From the sequence record SRR31156797_8083: DNA of 62,084 nt; one strand, written 5' to 3'. The translations under genes and the position numbers were made by a program. The notes under the pieces were generated by a model that had not been told where the DNA came from, did not search any database, and worked only from the letters and a program-made list of their open reading frames with translations. Positions 52,358 through 62,084 of the stretch are shown in pieces. Within the stretch, counting starts at the first letter, position 1; the number at the start of each line of letters is the position of its first letter.

Positions 52358-52789
52358 ATGAAAGTAGATCAACTCTCCATATTTCTGGAAAATCGAGCCG
52401 GACGTCTCGCTGAAGTAACCCGTATTCTTTCCGAGGCTGGCGTAAATATCCGCGCATTGTCTCTGGCAGACACTTCGGATTTCGGCATCCTGCGCCTAAT
52501 TGTATCCGACTTTACCAAAGCCAAGGACACATTAAAGGAAGCAGGCTTTACCGTTGGTCGCACCTCGGTTGTTGCCGTCAAGGTTTCCGACGATCCTGGT
52601 GGATTGCACGCCATTCTGAGCATGCTTCAAAATGCCGGTATTAATGTGGAATACATGTACGCATTTGTACAGCAAAGCGGTGACTCGGCGGTGCTTATCT
52701 TCCGTTTTGACCGCACCGACCAAGGCATTGAATTGTTACAGAAAAACAATATTGCCATCATCCCCGGCGACAAACTCTACGCCATGTAG
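52358..52789 (+). CDS. Tandem ACT-domain protein
   Basis: [23 protein letters not shown] and [13 protein letters not shown]. Confidence 0.9.
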   Translation: MKVDQLSIFLENRAGRLAEVTRILSEAGVNIRALSLADTSDFGILRLIVSDFTKAKDTLKEAGFTVGRTSVVAVKVSDDPGGLHAILSMLQNAGINVEYMYAFVQQSGDSAVLIFRFDRTDQGIELLQKNNIAIIPGDKLYAM

Positions 52790-52810
52790 TTCTCACAACT
52801 TCAAAAGAAT

Positions 52811-52845
52811 AAAGGGTGAAAGCATATTGCTTTCACCCTTTTTTT
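52811..52845 (+). terminator. Intrinsic terminator closing the paaK-ACT operon
   Basis: aaagggtgaaagc atatt gctttcaccc ttttttt. Confidence 0.9.
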
Positions 52846-53049
52846 GTACCTCGTCATACCCAACTCTATTTTCAATATATTACAATGGGTTCAAATAAAA
52901 TCATACAAAAACAAGAACGGTCCATTTCCTTTTTCTTCATTTTTACGTCAACACAGGGTTCAAAAATGTTGCCGAAAATCGCATGGCACCGTATAAGAGG
53001 ATAATTCACAACACTGACACCATGGCGGTGCAGAAAGAGGAATTCGTCA

Positions 53050-53394
53050 GTGCATAAAGAAATAATAGATAGCAGATTCCTGGAATCAATGGCAGGCAAA
53101 CGCCCGTTCCTTAAGCGGATGTTTACCGTATTCATATCTCAGGAGCCAAAACGTATTCAGGAAATCAAAGACGCCCTACAATCGCAGGATGTCGAACGAT
53201 TGCGTCATTTGGCGCACTCACTCAAAGGCGGCGCTGCCACCATTGGCGTTGATCGAGTCCGAGAGTGTTGCCTGAAACTTGAAAATGCCTCCAAAGCCAA
53301 AGATATGAAAGCGGCTATGGTGCATCTGGACTCTCTGGAAAAAGAAATGCGGAATGCATACGCCTTCATGTTCGACTATTTGGCAGAACATTGA
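53050..53394 (+). CDS. Hpt (histidine phosphotransfer) domain protein
   Basis: AHSLKGGAATIG, C..LE; GTG start after GAGG. Confidence 0.88.
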   Translation: MHKEIIDSRFLESMAGKRPFLKRMFTVFISQEPKRIQEIKDALQSQDVERLRHLAHSLKGGAATIGVDRVRECCLKLENASKAKDMKAAMVHLDSLEKEMRNAYAFMFDYLAEH

Positions 53395-53436
53395 TCACCA
53401 AACGCACCCCTGAAAAAGACCTTTTCCTATTTCAGC

Positions 53437-54807
53437 CTAAGGTCTTTTTTTATGCTCTCTGATCAAAGGAGCACGGCCTACCCCCGGCCAAATACGCACC
53501 ATTCCGAAGCCAGCCCGAATCACTGTCCACAACGCCGTTGTCAGCCAAATAAAAACAAGAATATTAGATGGATGAATCGCATCAACTACAAGGATACAGA
53601 ATACGCTAATGACTGAAGCAATCAGCATTGCATTCCGTAAATACCTGAAATCACCGGTCCCCCAATGAATCCCATCCGTCGCAAATGAAAGCGACCCGAC
53701 AGGTTGGGTCAAAGCCACAACAATCCAGGCAGGCCCAAAAACTCCATGCGCTGCAGGTGGTACAAGAAGCCATGCAACACTCTTTTCTCCCATAAGCATA
53801 AGGGCACACATACCAAGTCCTGTACCCATACTCCACAAACAGACAGAACGGGCGACGCGACGCGCCTGAGCTTGATCAGATGCACCAAGAAAAAAACCAA
53901 CAAGACTCTGCCCCGTGATGGCAAAAGCGTCCAGAAACAACGCTGAAAAAATGAAAAACTGTCGAATAGCCTGATAGGCTGCGCCTTCATCTGGACCAAA
54001 ACGATTCGCGACACGAGTACACAAGGCTAAAAAGACAAGAACCGCGCCAGTACGAATAAAGAGATCGCCCCCGACCTTCATAAGTTTGGTGATTCCTGCC
54101 CTTCGCATACGCCACGTTAACCCAAGGCGTCTCCATATGGCCCACACACACCAAACCGCACCAATCCACTGACTGACAGTGCTCGCAATGGCAGCTCCAG
54201 CCACCCCCATAGGCGCAATCGACCCAATCCCGAAAATGAGTACCCAATCAAGCAATACGTTGACAAGATTTACACCCACAGCCACATAAAACGGCGTGCG
54301 CATATCCTGTATACCACGCAATCCGCCAAAACAGGCCAAAGAAACGAGTACTGCGGGAGCTCCGAGCAAACGATACAACATGTATTCACAGGCTAACTCG
54401 TTAACCAGTCCTTCGGCACCGAACAACGATGCAATAGGCGAAAGGAATCCCATGGCGCCAAGCATGACAACGAATCCGATACACGCCGCCAACACACAGG
54501 CTAAAGACACCACCTTAATCGCACGCTCTCGATCTCCCCGGCCTTCCGCTTGAGCCACTTCTGTCTGTGTGCCAACACCAAGAAAAGTAAATGCCCAAAA
54601 GATTGAAGTAAAAGCCACGGTCCCAACACCAAGGGCGGCCACCGGCTCGGAACCGGCAAGACGAGCAACAAATGCCGTATCAACAAGTCCTGTCAGCGGT
54701 TCGGCAACCAACGAGAACAGCACGGGGAACGCCAATCGAAGCAAAGTTCGATTGGGTTTCTTCACAAAGGGGTGGTCCGTTGATTTTTCCGTAACACTCT
54801 CGGCCAT
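53437..54807 (-). CDS. MATE family transporter (DinF-like)
   Basis: LAFP..EPLTGLVDTAFV, D.RTP, N..LD, GVAGAAIAS. Confidence 0.9.
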   Translation of the reverse strand: MAESVTEKSTDHPFVKKPNRTLLRLAFPVLFSLVAEPLTGLVDTAFVARLAGSEPVAALGVGTVAFTSIFWAFTFLGVGTQTEVAQAEGRGDRERAIKVVSLACVLAACIGFVVMLGAMGFLSPIASLFGAEGLVNELACEYMLYRLLGAPAVLVSLACFGGLRGIQDMRTPFYVAVGVNLVNVLLDWVLIFGIGSIAPMGVAGAAIASTVSQWIGAVWCVWAIWRRLGLTWRMRRAGITKLMKVGGDLFIRTGAVLVFLALCTRVANRFGPDEGAAYQAIRQFFIFSALFLDAFAITGQSLVGFFLGASDQAQARRVARSVCLWSMGTGLGMCALMLMGEKSVAWLLVPPAAHGVFGPAWIVVALTQPVGSLSFATDGIHWGTGDFRYLRNAMLIASVISVFCILVVDAIHPSNILVFIWLTTALWTVIRAGFGMVRIWPGVGRAPLIREHKKRP

Positions 54808-54904
54808 CTCGGCAATCTCCTTGTATACCAACCTGCCCACAGTCCCATGAAATAACAAGGACAAGCTTTCCATTTGCCCAATTTTTCTGTTAACTGAACT
54901 TCTT

Positions 54905-56350
54905 ATGGAATCAATGGAACTTTCATTTCTCCTCTGGCTGTTCAGTCTTTTCTATACAGCCATGGAAATCACGGCGGTTATCACGGCGGTTATCGCGATT
55001 CATGACACTCGCACACCGCAAGGGGCGGTTGCCTGGGCTATTTCGCTGGTAACATTCCCTATTCTTGCTCTTCCGCTTTACTGGATTTTTGGCCGATCAA
55101 AATTCCACGGCTATGTCGATGCCATCCGTGCCGGACAAGAAGAATTTCACAGGCTTATAGGCAGCAATCATGACATCCCGACCATTCGTGATCTGGCCGA
55201 ACGGAAGCGGCCACACGCACCAAGGACGGTATTCGAAACGCTCTCCGGCATCCCGTATCTTGGTGGAAACTCCATCGAACTCTATACAGATGGCAATTCC
55301 ACCTTTGATGCTATATTTGCGGACATTGAAAAAGCGACCGATTATATATTAATCCAATTCTTTATTGTCCACGATGACATGCTCGGCAACCGCTTGAAAA
55401 AACTGCTTATCCGCAAAGCACAAAACGGCGTTCGCATATACTTTCTTTATGACGAAGTCGGTTGTCACTCCACCCCGGCCGCCTATTGGGAAGGCATGCG
55501 AGAGGCCGGAATAGATGCACGTCCATTCCATACAACCAAAGGACGACACAACCGATTTCAACTCAATTTCAGAAACCACAGAAAAATTGTCATTATTGAC
55601 GGTGCAATCGCCTATGTCGGTGGGCACAATGTCGGCGATGAATATCTCGGCATATCCAAAATATTCAATGGATGGCGAGACACACACATCAGTATCGCAG
55701 GTCCTGGCGTACTCGGAGTGCAGGTCTCCTTTGCCAAAGACTGGTACTGGGCAACTCGCCAACTCCTTGACCTTGATCTGACCATGCCAGACACAGCGGG
55801 GACAGCCGAAGTTCTGGCCCTCGGCACAGGACCGGAAGATGCGCTGGAATCATGCTCCCTCATGTTCATCAGGGCCATCGAAGCCGCACAACACCGCTTC
55901 TGGACCGCAAGTCCTTATTTCGTCCCGGATAGTGCCGTCATGAAGGCCCTGCAATTGGCCGCCTTACGCGGTGTGGATGTCCGCATCATGTTGCCTGAAA
56001 AGGCAGACCACAAACTCGTCTACCTGGCTGGATTCGCCTGTCTCAAGGAACTTGACCTGCCCGGCATTCGAGTTTTCCGCTACACCAAGGGCTTTCTCCA
56101 CCAAAAGGTTTTTCTCGTTGACGATATACTGGCCGGAGTCGGAACAGCCAATCTGGATAATCGCTCTTTTCGTCTCAACTTTGAAATTACCATGCTCGTC
56201 GAGGACAAATCGTTCTCCAATAAAATTGAGACGATGTTCCTAAGTGACTTTACCCGATGTATTGAAACCGGTCCCAACGAAATCGATTCAAAAAACATCA
56301 TCCAGAAAACACTCATCAAATTCGCCCGACTGCTTTCCCCTGTTCTTTAA
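54905..56350 (+). CDS. cls: Cardiolipin synthase
   Basis: Two N-terminal TM helices; two HKD motifs (HRKIVIID, HQKVFLVD); SPYFVP; NLDNRSF.LNFE. Confidence 0.93.
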   Translation: MESMELSFLLWLFSLFYTAMEITAVITAVIAIHDTRTPQGAVAWAISLVTFPILALPLYWIFGRSKFHGYVDAIRAGQEEFHRLIGSNHDIPTIRDLAERKRPHAPRTVFETLSGIPYLGGNSIELYTDGNSTFDAIFADIEKATDYILIQFFIVHDDMLGNRLKKLLIRKAQNGVRIYFLYDEVGCHSTPAAYWEGMREAGIDARPFHTTKGRHNRFQLNFRNHRKIVIIDGAIAYVGGHNVGDEYLGISKIFNGWRDTHISIAGPGVLGVQVSFAKDWYWATRQLLDLDLTMPDTAGTAEVLALGTGPEDALESCSLMFIRAIEAAQHRFWTASPYFVPDSAVMKALQLAALRGVDVRIMLPEKADHKLVYLAGFACLKELDLPGIRVFRYTKGFLHQKVFLVDDILAGVGTANLDNRSFRLNFEITMLVEDKSFSNKIETMFLSDFTRCIETGPNEIDSKNIIQKTLIKFARLLSPVL

Positions 56351-56352
56351 AT

Positions 56353-56385
56353 AAAAAAAGGGAGTCTTCCGAAAAAGACTCCCTT
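56353..56385. terminator. Intrinsic terminator between convergent cls and dapB
   Basis: aagggagtctt / aagactccctt stem with A run. Confidence 0.85.
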
Positions 56386-56406
56386 CATTTCAATTATTCT
56401 TAATTT

Positions 56407-57186
56407 TTAAAAAATGTCAGCCATGGCATAAAGCTTACCGGGCTTCTGCTTGGCCAGCCATTTTGCCGCACGCAACGCACCGGAAGCGAATGTCTCACGA
56501 GAATGAGCACGATGCGTTACTTCAATACGCTCTCCGGGGCCAAAGAAATACATGGTGTGATCGCCAACAACATCCCCACCGCGCAAAGTCTGCACGCCTA
56601 TTTCTTTCTGAGGACGCTCGCCGATGATACCATCACGGCAATGCTTCTTGACGTCATCATATTCCCACCCACGGGCTTCAGCCAGACATTGAGCCAGTTT
56701 CAGCGCCGTTCCACTGGGAGAGTCTTTCTTCATTTTATGATGGGTCTCAACCATTTCCATATCATAGTCCTCGCCAAGAGCCTTGACGAGTTCAGGCAAA
56801 ACCTTGAGCAATACATTCACGCCCACCGACATATTCGGTGCCCAAAAAAGCGGTATTTCCTTGGCATACTCTGCCAATTCATCCTGCTGGTCCTTATTCA
56901 AACCAGTTGTTCCTATAACTGCAGGACTTCCATGCTTGGCAGCAATTTTTGCCATGGCGACAGACGATTCAGGGGCGGTGAAGTCCACAACCACCGCACC
57001 GGGGACCTTGGGCAACAGATCTTCAAGACAATCGGATGTCAGACAACCATCATAATCCATGCCACCGGTATTCCCTTCGCGTTCACAAACGCCAACGAGA
57101 CTCAATTCGTTGTCTGCCAGGGCCATATTCACCAAAGTATTGCCCATACGCCCTTTTGCACCCAATATAACGACATTGGTACTCAT
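56407..57186 (-). CDS. dapB: 4-hydroxy-tetrahydrodipicolinate reductase
   Basis: [45 protein letters not shown]. Confidence 0.96.
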   Translation of the reverse strand: MSTNVVILGAKGRMGNTLVNMALADNELSLVGVCEREGNTGGMDYDGCLTSDCLEDLLPKVPGAVVVDFTAPESSVAMAKIAAKHGSPAVIGTTGLNKDQQDELAEYAKEIPLFWAPNMSVGVNVLLKVLPELVKALGEDYDMEMVETHHKMKKDSPSGTALKLAQCLAEARGWEYDDVKKHCRDGIIGERPQKEIGVQTLRGGDVVGDHTMYFFGPGERIEVTHRAHSRETFASGALRAAKWLAKQKPGKLYAMADIF

Positions 57187-57222
57187 CTGCATCTCCTGTA
57201 TTCTTTGAAAATATATAGCTGT

Positions 57223-59295
<2,073 letters not shown>

Positions 59296-59300
59296 TTATA

Positions 59301-60335
59301 TTATAAGATTTCTTTAATTTCTTCGAGATTCGATTTTGTACCGACAGCTAAAAGCGTATCGTTAGCGTCGATCACTTCCTTGGGACCGGGATTGAAAACC
59401 ATCTCGCCGGAACCTCTTTTTATGGCGATGATAATCAAATTGAATCGAGGACGAATCTTGGACTCGATAAGGTCCAGATTCACCAATTCGGATTCTGGAG
59501 AAACCAATAATTCCTCCATTTGAAGATCAATACCACCTCGAACAGCTAATTCCATAAAGTTGGTCACCGTTGGCCGCAAAACATTCTGTGCCATACGCAC
59601 ACCACCTATGAAATGCGGAAGCACAACTCTATCAGCACCGGCCAATTCCAAACGAGAAATATGTGTTTTATCACCGGCACGAGCCACAATGGTAATGCCG
59701 GGATTCAATTGGCGACCCGTCAATGTCACATAAACATTTGCGGCTTCGCTGGAAAGAGCCGAAATAAGGGAATTTGCATGGAGCAAACCGGCACTCAAAA
59801 GGACTTCGTCACTGGTGGCATCCCCTTCGATACAGAGAATGCCGTCCTGTTCCATCTTGTCGATGAGATCGGGGGCCTGCTCGATAACTACGATATCATG
59901 CCCTTCAGCCGCAATTTCCTGAACAACAATGCTGCCGATACGACCATGACCACAAACGATAAAATGATTTTTCAATTTGCTTATTTCTTTCATCATCTTG
60001 TGCTTACCCCACATAATTTGCAAACGACCATCAATCAGGATTTGTGCGAAAGCACCGGCTATATAAACAAAACCGCCGACACCACCCATAATCAGGAAGG
60101 CAGTAAACATGCGGCCTTCTTCCGAAAGCTGGTTGACCTCCATGAATCCGACGGTGGAAAGTGTAATGACCATCATGTAAAAGGAACTGGCAAAATCCCA
60201 GTGCTCGTACATCATGTAAAAACAGATACCCACTACAAAAATCACGAAGAGATACACCACGCCGAGAACGACACTCCAGAGGGAGCCTAGCCGTGACCTC
60301 AGGCGAAGCATTCGCCGATGAACTCTCTCAATCAT
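59301..60335 (-). CDS. Potassium channel family protein (2-TM pore + TrkA-N/TrkA-C RCK)
   Basis: TLSTVGF filter-like motif, VCGHGRIG, GDAT, AGADRVV. Confidence 0.88.
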   Translation of the reverse strand: MIERVHRRMLRLRSRLGSLWSVVLGVVYLFVIFVVGICFYMMYEHWDFASSFYMMVITLSTVGFMEVNQLSEEGRMFTAFLIMGGVGGFVYIAGAFAQILIDGRLQIMWGKHKMMKEISKLKNHFIVCGHGRIGSIVVQEIAAEGHDIVVIEQAPDLIDKMEQDGILCIEGDATSDEVLLSAGLLHANSLISALSSEAANVYVTLTGRQLNPGITIVARAGDKTHISRLELAGADRVVLPHFIGGVRMAQNVLRPTVTNFMELAVRGGIDLQMEELLVSPESELVNLDLIESKIRPRFNLIIIAIKRGSGEMVFNPGPKEVIDANDTLLAVGTKSNLEEIKEIL

Positions 60336-60338
60336 CGT

Positions 60339-62084
60339 TTACCCCAACTCAAGGAATCTCTCACGAAGCATGGCAACACGGTCCCTGAGTTCCGCGGCCC
60401 GCTCAAATTCCAACTCTTTTGCAGCTTCACGCATTTCGCGTTCCAACCGCTTAATACTCTTCTGCAAGGTTTTAGGGTCTGCCCCATATTGTGCCGAGTC
60501 CTCGGCAGCCATTCCCACCGAAGCATGTTCCATGGTTACACCGCTGAGTTCGCCGAACAGGTTGTCTACCTTTTTGCGAATAGTGGTCGGCGTAATACCG
60601 TGAACTTCATTGTATTCCTGCTGCTTCTGCCGTCTACGGTCTGTTTCATCAATAGCCGACGCCATCGAGTCCGTAACTTTGTCCGCATACAGGATAACCC
60701 TGCCATCAACATTTCTCGCCGCCCGTCCAAAAGTCTGAATAAGCGAACGCGCCGAACGTAAAAAACCTTCTTTGTCGGCATCGAGAATCGCCACCATCGA
60801 AACTTCCGGGATATCCAACCCTTCCCGAAGCAGATTGATGCCCACAAGTACAGAGAACTCACCAGCCCGAAGAGCCTGAATAATGGCCATTCGTTCAAGG
60901 GTATCAATATCCGAATGCAGATATTTGGATTCGACACCCATCTGGTTCAAATACTCATTCAAATCTTCAGCCATACGTTTTGTCAACGTAGTGACCAGAA
61001 CCCGCTCGTCCACTGATTGTCTTTTCTTACACTCTGACAGTAAATCGTCAATCTGTCCGTGTGTTTTTCGAACCTCAATCTGAGGATCGACAAGTCCTGT
61101 GGGCCGAATAATCTGCTCAACTACCACGCCTTGAGCCAAATTGATTTCCAACGGACCAGGCGTAGCCGAAACATAGACAGCCTGCTTGATACGCTCCTGA
61201 AATTCTTCATAATTAAGCGGACGATTATCCAATGCAGATGGCAACCTGAACCCAAAATCCACCAATGTGGTCTTGCGCGACCGATCTCCTTTGAACATGC
61301 CCCCCACCTGCGGCAAAGCAATATGAGATTCATCGACAAATAAAATAAAATCATCTGGGAAATAGTCGAGCAAGGTAGCTGGCGGCTGTCCCTCATGTCG
61401 CCCATCTAGATGAAGAGAATAGTTTTCAATACCGTTACAATATCCGAGTTCCTCAATTGTTTCGAGGTCATACATGGTTCGCTGTTCAAGTCTTTGCGCC
61501 TCGACCAACTTGTTGCGCTTCTTGAGATCGGTCAGTCGGAGTCGAAGTTCTTCCCGAATATCATGGGTGGCCCGATCAAGATTATCTCTGTCCGAGACAA
61601 AGTGGCTGCCCGGATAAATAACAGTCTTTCTCAAACGATCCTTGACTTCACCTGTCAACGGGTCGGTTTCGGAAATGGAATCAATCTCATCGCCAAAAAA
61701 CTCTATACGCAAAGCTTTTTCCCGGCTGTATGCGGGGATAATTTCCACCACATCACCACGCACACGGAACGTACCACGATGGAAATCATAATCATTGCGC
61801 TCGTAATGAATCTCCACCAATCGTCCAAGAAGCGATTCCATTGCCATGGTTTGTCCCTCTTCCACGGGAATGACCATCTTGGCATAAAAATCTGGCGATC
61901 CTAAACCATAAATACACGAAACCGAAGCAATGATGAGTACATCTTTGCGCGTCAGCAGCGCATGAGTTGCGGCATGACGCAGTTTGTCGATATTGTCATT
62001 GATGGAAGAATCCTTCTCAATGTACACATCTGAATGAGGCAGATAAGCTTCCGGCTGGTAGTAATCGTAATAACTGACGAAATA
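60339..62084 (-). CDS. uvrB: Excinuclease ABC subunit B, 5'-partial
   Basis: [13 protein letters not shown] at the window edge, [39 protein letters not shown]. Confidence 0.96.
   Translation of the reverse strand, partial: YFVSYYDYYQPEAYLPHSDVYIEKDSSINDNIDKLRHAATHALLTRKDVLIIASVSCIYGLGSPDFYAKMVIPVEEGQTMAMESLLGRLVEIHYERNDYDFHRGTFRVRGDVVEIIPAYSREKALRIEFFGDEIDSISETDPLTGEVKDRLRKTVIYPGSHFVSDRDNLDRATHDIREELRLRLTDLKKRNKLVEAQRLEQRTMYDLETIEELGYCNGIENYSLHLDGRHEGQPPATLLDYFPDDFILFVDESHIALPQVGGMFKGDRSRKTTLVDFGFRLPSALDNRPLNYEEFQERIKQAVYVSATPGPLEINLAQGVVVEQIIRPTGLVDPQIEVRKTHGQIDDLLSECKKRQSVDERVLVTTLTKRMAEDLNEYLNQMGVESKYLHSDIDTLERMAIIQALRAGEFSVLVGINLLREGLDIPEVSMVAILDADKEGFLRSARSLIQTFGRAARNVDGRVILYADKVTDSMASAIDETDRRRQKQQEYNEVHGITPTTIRKKVDNLFGELSGVTMEHASVGMAAEDSAQYGADPKTLQKSIKRLEREMREAAKELEFERAAELRDRVAMLRERFLELG

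Noticed and set aside
52984-52998. TGGCAC upstream of the Hpt gene as a sigma-54 promoter
   Set aside because: No GC at the -12 position (reads TGGCAC-CGTAT-AAGA).
54968-54994. 12-bp tandem duplication atcacggcggtt x2 in cls (ITAV-ITAV)
   Set aside because: In frame, only two copies, within a TM helix; no evidence of phase variation.

Overview
A 62 kb chromosomal window of mostly housekeeping genes from a sulfate-reducing deltaproteobacterium. Gene content and protein style suggest Desulfovibrionaceae, probably Pseudodesulfovibrio-like (inference, no search run). It holds about 66 CDS, including cimA (partial), gap, surE, tmk, metY, trmFO, thiL, ilvBNC, tatA, miaA-coaD-rsmD, gpmI, rsfS, paaK, cls, dapB, ligA and uvrB (partial), plus many intrinsic terminators. 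I saw no tRNA, rRNA, CRISPR array, integrase or transposase. The most notable signal is absent from the ORF track: a 17-codon Phe-rich leader peptide (MKNFLVFRSFFFFMCPQ, 50856-50909) followed by mutually exclusive antiterminator and terminator stems, directly upstream of a phenylacetate-CoA ligase + ACT-domain operon. This is a candidate Phe-sensing attenuator and implies a biosynthetic (phenylacetate to Phe) role rather than a catabolic one. Other observations: a DUF167 gene with no canonical start codon, in frame with the DivIVA stop; a signal-peptide-only small ORF inside an ABC operon; NADP-type signatures in GAPDH; a sigma-54 promoter before an MCP with a C-terminal Cache-like domain; and a MATE + DUF2156 + phosphodiesterase module.
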